This document shows positions 9,073 to 17,913 of a DNA stretch of 53,743 nt, in pieces (positions within the stretch are counted from its first letter, which is position 1; every line of letters begins with the position of its first letter). Source of the DNA: Clostridia bacterium (GTDB lineage: Bacteria > Bacillota > Clostridia > Oscillospirales > CAG-272). The notes under the pieces were generated by a model that saw nothing but the letters and a program-made list of their open reading frames with translations, did no database searches and was not told where the DNA came from. The position numbers and the translations under genes were made by a program. Location of the stretch: positions 1 through 53,743 of the forward strand of contig JAGBIA010000043.1 of NCBI GenBank assembly GCA_017935225.1. Reading direction: 5' to 3'.

Positions 9073-11472
9073 ATGAAAATAACCGAATTTTTAAAAGAAA
9101 ATCTTGTTTTCCTCGACGGAGGGATGGGAACACTGCTTCAGCAACGAGGACTCAAGGCAGGTGAGCTTCCTGAGCGATGGGGCATCGAGCACCCCGAGGT
9201 GATCCAAGAGATACACAGAAGCTACTACGCGGCAGGAAGCAACGTAGTCAGCACTAATACCTTCGGCGCAAACTCGCTCAAGTTCTCGGACAAGGAGCTT
9301 GAATTGATAGTGAAGAGCGCGATCGAAAATGTGCGTGCCGCGCAGAACGTAGGAGATCAGCCCAAGTGGGTGGCACTCGATATAGGACCTACGGGAAAGC
9401 TGCTCAAGCCATATGGAGATCTCGACTTTGAGGATGCCGTCAGCATATTCTCAAAGACGGTCAAGTTCGGAGCTCGCTACGGCGCTGACCTTGTATTTAT
9501 CGAGACGATGAACGACAGCTACGAGACAAAGGCGGCTGTTATCGCCGCAAAGGAAAGCTGTGATCTGCCGATCTTCGTATCAAACGCATACGGCGAGGAC
9601 GGCAAACTGATGACGGGCGCAGATCCTGCGGCTATGGTAGCTATGCTTGAGGGACTCGGAGTCGACGCGATCGGTGTGAATTGCTCGCTCGGTCCGAAGG
9701 CACTCGCACCCGTGGTAGAAAAGTATCTTGAATATTCCTCGATCCCCGTTCTGCTCAAGCCAAACGCAGGTCTGCCGAGAGCAATCGGCGGTAAGACGGT
9801 CTACGACGTACCGCCCAAAGAGTTCGCGGACACGGTCGCAGAGCTTATAGAAAAGGGCGTGCGCATCGCAGGCGGATGTTGCGGAACGACCCCCGAATAC
9901 ATCAAGGCTCTCACCGACAAAGCATCAGCTATACAACCTATCAATATAGAAAAAAAGAACTATACCTCTATATCTTCATATACGCACGCGGTGTTCTTCG
10001 GTGATACTCCCGTGCTTATCGGAGAGCGCATCAATCCCACGGGCAAGAAACGCTTCAAAGAGGCGCTCAGAGCAGGGGATATGGATTATATTCTCAAAGA
10101 GGGAATTGCACAAGAAGAGCGCGGGGTTCACGTGCTCGACGTCAACGTGGGTCTCCCCGAGATCGACGAGCCGAGCATGCTTACAGATGCGATCTGCGCG
10201 CTTCAGGCAATAACCGATCTGCCCTTGCAGATAGACACCTCTGATCCCGTCGCGATGGAGCGCGCGCTCAGAAGATACAACGGCAAGCCGATGATAAACT
10301 CAGTCAACGGAAAGCGAGAGAGCCTTGAGAGTATTCTTCCGCTTGTCAAAAAGTACGGCGGACTCGTCGTAGCACTCACGCTTGACGAGAGCGGAATTCC
10401 CGAGACGGCGGGGGGAAGATTTGAAATTGCAAAGAAAATTCTCGAGGTGGCAGAGGAATACGGAATTGATAAAAAGGATATCATCTTTGATCCGCTCGCA
10501 CTCACGATAAGTGCAGACAAAAACTCGGCTCGCGAGACTCTTCGCGCGATCACTATGATCCGAAACGAGCTTGGCGCACACACCTCTCTCGGAGTGTCAA
10601 ACGTCTCCTTCGGACTTCCGCAAAGAGACGTGATAAACTCCGCGTTCTTCACCTTAGCACTCGGAAACGGACTTTCTGCGGCTATTATGAATCCTTATTC
10701 GACCGAGATGATGAAATCCTATCACGCGTACCTCGCGCTCTCGGGAAAGGACGATAACTGCGCGAAATTTATCGATTTTGCTTCAACTCTGCCCGATAGC
10801 ACCGCAATTGCTACTTCAAACGCGCAGAACAGCACACAGACAAGCGAGCAATTTGGCTCGGAGCTTGAGCGCGCTATCGCAAAGGGACTTCGAGACAGAG
10901 CCGCAGAGATCACTGGTGAGCTGCTCTCGACAAAAGATCCGCTTGACATAATAAACGGCGAGATAATCCCCGCACTCAACACGGTAGGCAAAGGCTTTGA
11001 AGAGAAGAGAGTATTTCTCCCTCAGCTTCTTATGAGCGCAGAGGCGGCAAAGGCTTCCTTTGAGGTCATCAAGGCGCGCGTGCCTGCGTCAAGAAGCGAT
11101 AAGTGCAGATTTGTGATCGCGACCGTAAAGGGAGACATACACGACATAGGCAAGAATATAGTCAAGCTTCTGCTTGAGAACTACGGTTTTGAGGTGACCG
11201 ATCTCGGAAAGGATGTCTCACCCGAAGACATTGCAGATAAGGCAGTCGAGCTTCACGCCGAGCTTGTAGGTCTCAGCGCACTTATGACCACTACGGTTCC
11301 CGCGATGGAAGAGACGATAAAGCTCCTTCGCGAGCGTGCTCCGAGGGCTAAGATAGTCGTGGGCGGCGCGGTCCTCACCAAAGAATACGCAGACGCCATC
11401 GGCGCAGACAAGTACGCAAAAGACGCTATGGAGACCGTCCGCTACGCAGAGCTTATCAATTCTGCTCTTTAG
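9073..11472 (+). CDS. metH: Cobalamin-dependent methionine synthase lacking the C-terminal reactivation domain
   Basis: LDGGMGT, GVNCS, GGCCGT, IGERINPTGK, B12 motif DIHDIGKN and LSALMTTT; protein ends after the B12 domain; start taken at ATG 9073. Confidence 0.9.
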   Translation: MKITEFLKENLVFLDGGMGTLLQQRGLKAGELPERWGIEHPEVIQEIHRSYYAAGSNVVSTNTFGANSLKFSDKELELIVKSAIENVRAAQNVGDQPKWVALDIGPTGKLLKPYGDLDFEDAVSIFSKTVKFGARYGADLVFIETMNDSYETKAAVIAAKESCDLPIFVSNAYGEDGKLMTGADPAAMVAMLEGLGVDAIGVNCSLGPKALAPVVEKYLEYSSIPVLLKPNAGLPRAIGGKTVYDVPPKEFADTVAELIEKGVRIAGGCCGTTPEYIKALTDKASAIQPINIEKKNYTSISSYTHAVFFGDTPVLIGERINPTGKKRFKEALRAGDMDYILKEGIAQEERGVHVLDVNVGLPEIDEPSMLTDAICALQAITDLPLQIDTSDPVAMERALRRYNGKPMINSVNGKRESLESILPLVKKYGGLVVALTLDESGIPETAGGRFEIAKKILEVAEEYGIDKKDIIFDPLALTISADKNSARETLRAITMIRNELGAHTSLGVSNVSFGLPQRDVINSAFFTLALGNGLSAAIMNPYSTEMMKSYHAYLALSGKDDNCAKFIDFASTLPDSTAIATSNAQNSTQTSEQFGSELERAIAKGLRDRAAEITGELLSTKDPLDIINGEIIPALNTVGKGFEEKRVFLPQLLMSAEAAKASFEVIKARVPASRSDKCRFVIATVKGDIHDIGKNIVKLLLENYGFEVTDLGKDVSPEDIADKAVELHAELVGLSALMTTTVPAMEETIKLLRERAPRAKIVVGGAVLTKEYADAIGADKYAKDAMETVRYAELINSAL

Positions 11473-11481
11473 TCTATATAC

Positions 11482-11511
11482 AAAAAAGAACGGACGCGTC
11501 CGTTCTTTTTT
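11482..11511. terminator. Bidirectional terminator (perfect 30-bp palindrome)
   Basis: aaaaaagaacggacgcgtccgttctttttt between convergent genes. Confidence 0.85.
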
Positions 11512-11520
11512 TCTTTAAGA

Positions 11521-13467
11521 TTATTTAATAAATTTACGTATATAGTAGATCGGAAGTGCGCTCCAACCGTGGCACAGACTTCCTGCGCCGCCAAAATCAG
11601 CCGCGCCCTTTTCGGTCTCCCAGACCGACGTTGCGCCCGCGTCAAGCATTCCAAGATAGATGCGCTTGATGTCTCCAAGTACGTAGGGAAGGTATTTCTC
11701 CTCGTCTATCAAGAGAAGCGCGTCATACTTGAAGCACTTCATCGAGAGCGTGATGCCCGTAAGCTTGCTCTCAGGGGTTGCAAGTTCATCAGCAATAGCT
11801 CTCGTTACATCGCCATCAGCCGCGCCGCAAAGCACGCAGAGCGCGTTTCCGAGCTCACTGTAACCGCCGTCGGAGTCGAACATTCCGTAAAGAGAACACT
11901 CAGAATTAAAGAATTTAGCGTTGATCGATGTATTGACCTCATCGGCAAGCGTCGCGTAGCATCTGTCTGTATCCATACCGAGCTTGTCGCAGATATATTG
12001 CATATTCTGAAGTGCGAGCGAGAAGAGCGCATTGAGCACGAGATCGGGTATCTCTTCGTCGACCTTTCCGATAACTCCGTCAAGCCCCTTTGCCCACTCG
12101 TAAAAATTCCAATAGCAAGCAGGACCGAAAGCATTCAGAAGCTTAGTATTGCTATCCATCTGCGCAAAGAACGCATCAAGAACACTTCCAAGCTTCGGGA
12201 AGATCTCGCGTACGAAATCCCAATCACCCGAATAATCTCCGTACTCTCGCACAAGCGTATAGAAATGCAGACCAAAAGAGGGAATTACAAGTCCACTCGC
12301 ACCGGGATAGGTGATGTTGAGCATTCCGTCCTCGCGTCTGTCCTCAGCCATCAGCTTGATAGCAGCGCGCGGAAATTCAAACTCGCCAAAAGCGTAGTAT
12401 CCGCAAAGTATCTGGTTACGGCTGTCCATAACGTACATAGCCTGCTCGCGCCACGGGCAATCTTCGTAATGCTCGTGCAGGCAGAGCTTCAATGTCTCGA
12501 CACAAACGTCGTAGATGCGCTTGAGATCCTTGTCAGCGCAATCAAAGGGAAGTACGTTCAGCGGATAATTGCGAGGGAAAATATCTATTTCAATATTCTC
12601 GAGCGGCTCATCACTCCTCAGCTCCGCATAGCGAAGCCCTAGGCGGCGGAAGTAGCCGAAGTAATCATTCTCACCGCTCTTAGCTCTGTAGTCAAATGCA
12701 AATCTTCGACTGTGAATTTTGTCTCTTACCCAACCGTCGATTATATGCTCGCCGTAGCAAAGCTCGATATTCTGCACGGACGGCGAGTTGAATTTTATGC
12801 GGTAAACTCCAACAGTCTCCTTGCCAAAGTCGAACAGATAGCGATATTTGCCGTCCTGCGCGCTCTTTATAAGCTTGCCTCGGATAGCTTTCTCGGTAAC
12901 GAGATTTTTTATTGGACGCAGAATTGTGGGCAAAAGCTTTTCGGGAGTCACGCAGAAAGACGGAGTAAATCCGTCAACGTCCTCGCTTATCCACGCATCT
13001 TCGGCATTTGCATCATAGCCGTATCCGTATCCAAGCTGACCGGTGATAGAGTAACAAATATGGTTGCGGTAGGTCTTGCTGAGCCTCGAGAGCACACTCT
13101 CGTCGCTGATAGCCAGATTTCTGCGCTCCGAGTCAAGCGAGAAGCAAAGTCCCGCTCCATCATCGATGTTCGTAGAGCAGTTGTTTCCGTAGTACCACAC
13201 CTCGATCGCAAGTCTGTTCTTGCCGAGGACAAGGCTGTCCGTCACGTCAAACTCATCGTAGACCTTATAGTGCGGATAGTCGGGATACTGCCCGAAATTA
13301 CAAAGCTTTCCGTTGAGGTAGAAGCCGTAGTCCGAGTCTGCTGATATCGACAGAGTCACTCTGCCGTCATTCTCGGAATAATCGAACTCGCAAATAAATT
13401 CCGCGTGCTCGTCAGGGGCAGCGTTCGGATTTTCCCATATCCATTTTGCCTTTTCAATCTTATTCAT
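11521..13467 (-). CDS. Alpha-L-rhamnosidase-like glycoside hydrolase (GH78)
   Basis: ISADSDY, DFGKETVG, DCPWREQAMY, GATSVWE, SLCHGWS. Confidence 0.82.
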   Translation of the reverse strand: MNKIEKAKWIWENPNAAPDEHAEFICEFDYSENDGRVTLSISADSDYGFYLNGKLCNFGQYPDYPHYKVYDEFDVTDSLVLGKNRLAIEVWYYGNNCSTNIDDGAGLCFSLDSERRNLAISDESVLSRLSKTYRNHICYSITGQLGYGYGYDANAEDAWISEDVDGFTPSFCVTPEKLLPTILRPIKNLVTEKAIRGKLIKSAQDGKYRYLFDFGKETVGVYRIKFNSPSVQNIELCYGEHIIDGWVRDKIHSRRFAFDYRAKSGENDYFGYFRRLGLRYAELRSDEPLENIEIDIFPRNYPLNVLPFDCADKDLKRIYDVCVETLKLCLHEHYEDCPWREQAMYVMDSRNQILCGYYAFGEFEFPRAAIKLMAEDRREDGMLNITYPGASGLVIPSFGLHFYTLVREYGDYSGDWDFVREIFPKLGSVLDAFFAQMDSNTKLLNAFGPACYWNFYEWAKGLDGVIGKVDEEIPDLVLNALFSLALQNMQYICDKLGMDTDRCYATLADEVNTSINAKFFNSECSLYGMFDSDGGYSELGNALCVLCGAADGDVTRAIADELATPESKLTGITLSMKCFKYDALLLIDEEKYLPYVLGDIKRIYLGMLDAGATSVWETEKGAADFGGAGSLCHGWSALPIYYIRKFIK

Positions 13468-13478
13468 ATTTTTCCTCT

Positions 13479-15248
13479 TTACGTGTGATTGGAGATAAAC
13501 TCAGCCTTGTTGTTCTTGAATACGTAGGGGAATTCTATAGTTATGTTGCTCGCGCCCGGCAGATAGATGTCCTTTGCAGGCTTGATAGCCGCACGCACAG
13601 AGCTGTCCTCGATCCACTGCTTTGCACCGTTGGAATTAGAGGGCCAGATGAGCACGTCCGCGTCGACCACCTCATAGATCTTCTCGATGCTCGCCCAGAT
13701 TCCGTGGTGCGCAAGCTGGACCATATCAGATTTGAGATAATCGCCATAGCTGTTTACAAGCACCGTGCCGAGAGTGTGAGTAGCATCGGCAAGCGAAAGA
13801 ACGGTCGTGCCGTCGATGTTTGCTCTTACGATAAGTGAAGTGAGATTGAGATAGTCGAACTTCGCAGGGTAGAAATCCTCGGGGGTGTAAAGTATCTCAA
13901 AGTCTATTCCGCCAAAGCTCAGAAGCTGTCCCGTGTGAGCCTTGATAATTCTCGTTTTTCCTGCGAGTTTCGTCTTGACGAGCTCGCGCATATCGTTCAT
14001 CAGATCGTTGTTTTCCTCGCCTGCGATCTCCTTGTATTTCGACTCGGGAGCAAAGTTGTAAACGAGGTTTTCTATCGTCACATCCTCAGGATGCTTCTCA
14101 ACAAGCTCCTCAAAACCGCTCTGGTGATCGCCGTGTGCGTGAGTGAGGAACCAAGCCGCAACTACTATATCGTTGCCCTCGCCCGCAAGCTTAGAGAGTT
14201 GCTTATAGACAAGATCCTTTCCGTAGTTCGCATCGCCGTCGATAACGACGAAGCGACCGTCGTAAAGCTTGTAGATCATACCGAGTCCAATATCAGAGTA
14301 AGACTGACCGACCAGCGTAAGCGAAGGAGTGGTGACCTTTTCAAAGCTCTTTGCCCTCTCCTCATAATCGGGAAGGGCAGAGACGTCGCCGACTACCGCG
14401 CGCATAACGTCATTGTACGGTTTGTAGTATATGTGAACGTAGCGATCTCCTTTGATAAAGGTCTCAAAGAGATTTCCGCCTGCCTCGCGCGCGACAAGGC
14501 TTTCATATCCGTCTGCCTTGAGTCGTTCCTTATAATCAACGAAAGCATCGTATCCCGCTTCCTCAACCCTTATCATATCGGTATCGTCATCGCAGTCGAT
14601 CGCAAACGCAACACCCTTGGTGCAAGCAGGTAGCTCTGATAACTCAGGCTTGGATATCTTGCTGAGGTTGACCGAAAGATCAAGCGCAACTCTTTGCTCT
14701 CCCGAGTTTGCGATCAGCTTGAGAAGCTCGGAATACATATCGTTGCCGTCACTCTCGTCCGAGAATGCGATGATAAGCTTGTTTCCTTTGACTACGATCT
14801 TACCCTCGCTGAAGCGAAGCTCTTTGTAGATCTCCGCAGACTCATCATAATTTGTGCGGCCTATAAGTACCGCGGGAGCGGATCTGTCATCGCCCGTATC
14901 ATTGTAAGCCTTGAAATCGGTCTTGAACTCAACGAGTGTTCCGGTAAGACTCTTGAGCTTATCACGAAGTTTGTTGTAGATCTTCTTTTCTGCATCCGTA
15001 GCATTTTCGGAGACGATAACAGGACATGTATAGCTTCCGTTATCAAAAATGATAAACTCACTCTCGCCGATCGAGTTGCCCGAGTATTTGGATGGCTCGG
15101 TGTTACCCTCGGTAGCACCGCTGTCGGTCGGCGCATCGGTCGGTATATTTTCGCCCTCTCCACTGTTGTTGCAGGCGGTAAGAGAAGAGAGAATCAGCAG
15201 AAACGCAAACAATGCAAGAGCAATTTTTAAAGCAAATTTATTTTTCAT
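13479..15248 (-). CDS. Lipoprotein with C-terminal metallo-beta-lactamase-fold hydrolase domain
   Basis: Lipobox LTAC; THAHGDH (HxHxDH), NLTS, LAD, QLAHHG; start taken at ATG 15248 behind aggag. Confidence 0.75.
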   Translation of the reverse strand: MKNKFALKIALALFAFLLILSSLTACNNSGEGENIPTDAPTDSGATEGNTEPSKYSGNSIGESEFIIFDNGSYTCPVIVSENATDAEKKIYNKLRDKLKSLTGTLVEFKTDFKAYNDTGDDRSAPAVLIGRTNYDESAEIYKELRFSEGKIVVKGNKLIIAFSDESDGNDMYSELLKLIANSGEQRVALDLSVNLSKISKPELSELPACTKGVAFAIDCDDDTDMIRVEEAGYDAFVDYKERLKADGYESLVAREAGGNLFETFIKGDRYVHIYYKPYNDVMRAVVGDVSALPDYEERAKSFEKVTTPSLTLVGQSYSDIGLGMIYKLYDGRFVVIDGDANYGKDLVYKQLSKLAGEGNDIVVAAWFLTHAHGDHQSGFEELVEKHPEDVTIENLVYNFAPESKYKEIAGEENNDLMNDMRELVKTKLAGKTRIIKAHTGQLLSFGGIDFEILYTPEDFYPAKFDYLNLTSLIVRANIDGTTVLSLADATHTLGTVLVNSYGDYLKSDMVQLAHHGIWASIEKIYEVVDADVLIWPSNSNGAKQWIEDSSVRAAIKPAKDIYLPGASNITIEFPYVFKNNKAEFISNHT

Positions 15249-15280
15249 ATCCAATCTCCTTGCAAACAGATATTTGCTAT

Positions 15281-15309
15281 ATTATATCAAACACTCGAAA
15301 AAAAGTCAA
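15281..15309 (-). promoter_or_regulatory. SigA-type promoter for MBL lipoprotein-GH78 operon
   Basis: TTGACT-17 nt-TATAAT on the minus strand. Confidence 0.65.
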
Positions 15310-15377
15310 TATTATCCAAACAAAAAATAAGAGTGGAGTTTGCTGAAAAAATTTTATATTATCTTCAGATATTTTTC

Positions 15378-15406
15378 TTGACAAGCCAAGGGATTTGTGA
15401 TACCAT
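15378..15406 (+). promoter_or_regulatory. SigA-type promoter
   Basis: TTGACA-17 nt-TACCAT with extended TG. Confidence 0.6.
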
Positions 15407-15436
15407 AATTTTACTAAAGTTCCAAGGAGGTTAGTT

Positions 15437-16489
15437 ATGCCAAAAAGATCACTGAGAACCGGAGTTGCATATCACGGTAACCGTATGCCCTCACACGCGA
15501 TGGCTGATATGAAGGAGATCGCGAAAGCAGATATGGACATAGTCGTGCATATGCTCTCGCACACGGATTGGGACAGGCACAAAAACGTAATGAAGGATAT
15601 CTTTGCCATAACCGAGGACGCTGGAATGGAGGTTTGGGTCGACAATTGGGGACTTGGAGGCCCTCCCGGTGACAAGTCGCATTTTCTCGCGTATCATCCC
15701 GAAGCGCATATGTACTACAGCAACGGCGAGATGAATCCCGTTTGCGCTTGCCTGAATAGCCCCGAATTCCGCCGCTTCGTCAAGAATTGGATCGAAACTG
15801 TCGCCGAGATGGGTGCTAAGACGATATTCTGGGACGAGCCGAGCATTCCGAAGAAGCTCGTGCCCGGAACCGACGATCAGCGCTACTACGCTTGCTGCTG
15901 TCCGCGATGCAAAAAGCTCTTTGAGGAGCGCTACGGTCGCGCTATGCCGCTCTTTGCCGACGATGACGTCGAGCGCTTCCGTACAGACACGATCGTAGAT
16001 TATTTCACCGAAATAACCGAATACAGCGCGTCAATGGGGATAGAGAACATAGTTTGCATTATGCTCGGCGCGCACTTTGGAATCGATCTTGATACCGTCG
16101 ACAGAGTATGCGCGCTTCCCACCGTCAGCAATATCGGCTCCGATCCGTATTGGTATGCGCACGACGTTGATCCGTACAAGTTCGTCTACGACGGAACTAA
16201 GAAAAATCTCGACGTCTGCGCGCGCTTCGAGAAGGATCACAACATCTGGATACAAGCCTTTGACGTTCCGAGAGGCAGGGAAGACGAGATCATCCTCGCC
16301 ACCACCGCCGCGTACGATGCAGGCGCGAGAACCATACTCGCGTGGGGATATATGGGCAGTGAATCGAACGATTACCGCGCACACAACCCCGAGCGCACCT
16401 GGAACGCGACGGTTGAGGCGATGCGACGCATCCGCGCCGAAGAAAGAGATCGCATTATCGCAGAGTGCAGAAATAAATATCACGTATAA
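15437..16489 (+). CDS. Putative TIM-barrel glycoside hydrolase (GH42/GH-A-like)
   Basis: CLNSPEF, FWDEP, CCCPRC, SDPYW; strong RBS aaggaggt. Confidence 0.55.
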   Translation: MPKRSLRTGVAYHGNRMPSHAMADMKEIAKADMDIVVHMLSHTDWDRHKNVMKDIFAITEDAGMEVWVDNWGLGGPPGDKSHFLAYHPEAHMYYSNGEMNPVCACLNSPEFRRFVKNWIETVAEMGAKTIFWDEPSIPKKLVPGTDDQRYYACCCPRCKKLFEERYGRAMPLFADDDVERFRTDTIVDYFTEITEYSASMGIENIVCIMLGAHFGIDLDTVDRVCALPTVSNIGSDPYWYAHDVDPYKFVYDGTKKNLDVCARFEKDHNIWIQAFDVPRGREDEIILATTAAYDAGARTILAWGYMGSESNDYRAHNPERTWNATVEAMRRIRAEERDRIIAECRNKYHV

Positions 16490-16492
16490 TAG

Positions 16493-16523
16493 CAAAAAGC
16501 AGTCGATATTCGGTTGCTTTTTG
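16493..16523 (+). terminator. Intrinsic terminator
   Basis: caaaaagcagtcga-tat-tcggttgctttttg. Confidence 0.7.
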
Positions 16524-16583
16524 ATTCTTTGGGGATAAAATCCATTAAAAAAGCACTCGTTTTAATTTATTTTTTTCAAACAG

Positions 16584-16612
16584 TTGAATTGTTGGAAAAT
16601 TTGTGTTATAAT
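16584..16612 (+). promoter_or_regulatory. SigA-type promoter for rimM operon
   Basis: TTGAAT-17 nt-TATAAT with extended TG. Confidence 0.7.
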
Positions 16613-16647
16613 AGATTATGTATAATTATATTCATCTGGAGATTTAA

Positions 16648-17157
16648 ATGGCGATCAAGGATTATATTGAATGTGGCAAGATCATAAACACACACGGTTG
16701 CAGAGGCGGCATTAAGGCTGAGTCCTGGTGCAACTCTGAGGAAGATCTTGCGGCATTCAAGAGACTTTTTATAAAAAACGGCAGTGAATTTGAGGAATAC
16801 AAGGTAACTAAGTCTGCTATCTTCAAGCAGTTCGTTATATTCGAGTTTAAGGGGATTGACGATATGGACAAGGCTATGCTTCTCAAGAATAAGACGCTTT
16901 ACGCGCTCCGCAAGGACTTCAAGCTTGAGAAGGGTGAATTTTTCCTCGCTGATATGATCGGTCTTGAGGTCATAGACGCCGACAACGGCAAGATTTACGG
17001 AAAGCTGCGCGAAATAATGAACCGCGGCGCATCCGACATCTACGTAGTTGACACTCCGAACGGCGAGAGAATGATTCCTGCGGTCGATGAATTTGTGATT
17101 TCTATCGACATCGAAAAGGGTATTTTCGTACGCCCCATTGAGGGAATGCTTGACTGA
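16648..17157 (+). CDS. rimM: Ribosome maturation factor RimM
   Basis: GKIINTHG, EFFLADMIG, GASDIYVV, MIPAV; precedes trmD. Confidence 0.93.
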   Translation: MAIKDYIECGKIINTHGCRGGIKAESWCNSEEDLAAFKRLFIKNGSEFEEYKVTKSAIFKQFVIFEFKGIDDMDKAMLLKNKTLYALRKDFKLEKGEFFLADMIGLEVIDADNGKIYGKLREIMNRGASDIYVVDTPNGERMIPAVDEFVISIDIEKGIFVRPIEGMLD

Positions 17158-17168
17158 GTGAGGAAGAT

Positions 17169-17876
17169 ATGATTTTTGATATTATGACGCTTTTTCCCGA
17201 GCTCGTGGGCTACGTGCTCGGAGAAAGCATTATCGGCAGAGCACAAAAGAGTGGAGCGATCGAGGTAAACTGTCACAATATTCGCGATTACTCAGAGGAC
17301 AAGCACCGCCGCGTCGACGACACTCCATACGGCGGAGGAAAAGGGATGCTTATGGCTGCTCCGCCGATCTACAATTGTTACAAGCACATCATTGACTCGC
17401 GCGAGGACAAGGATCTTTCTACCAAGGTCGTGTTTATGTCTCCGTCGGGAAGAGTGCTTGATCAGAAGAAGGCAGAGGAGCTGTCGCACTATGACAGACT
17501 TATAATCCTTTGCGGACATTACGAGGGCGTTGACCGCAGAATTATCGACGAGATAGTTGACGAAGAGATATCAATAGGAGATTTTGTCCTCACGGGCGGT
17601 GAGATCCCTGCGTGTATTCTCGTTGATTCGGTCGCAAGACTCGTTGACGGAGTTCTGTCAGATCCTGAATGTTACGAGAACGAAAGTATCTCGAGCGGAA
17701 TGGTAGAATATCCGCAGTACACGCGCCCTTATGAATTCCACGGTGTTAAGGTTCCCGACGTACTTATCTCGGGGCATCACGAAAGAATAGACGAATGGCG
17801 TCGCGCAGAGGCACTCAGGCTTACCAAAGAAAACAGACCGGATATTCTTTTGAAATTCGGAAACGAAAATAACTGA
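17169..17876 (+). CDS. trmD: tRNA (guanine37-N1)-methyltransferase
   Basis: TLFPE, DDTPYGGG, CGHYEGVD, SIGDFVLTGGE, YPQYTRP. Confidence 0.96.
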   Translation: MIFDIMTLFPELVGYVLGESIIGRAQKSGAIEVNCHNIRDYSEDKHRRVDDTPYGGGKGMLMAAPPIYNCYKHIIDSREDKDLSTKVVFMSPSGRVLDQKKAEELSHYDRLIILCGHYEGVDRRIIDEIVDEEISIGDFVLTGGEIPACILVDSVARLVDGVLSDPECYENESISSGMVEYPQYTRPYEFHGVKVPDVLISGHHERIDEWRRAEALRLTKENRPDILLKFGNENN

Positions 17877-17913
17877 TTTTTTGTACTTATGATAGCAGAG
17901 AAAGGAGGACGGC

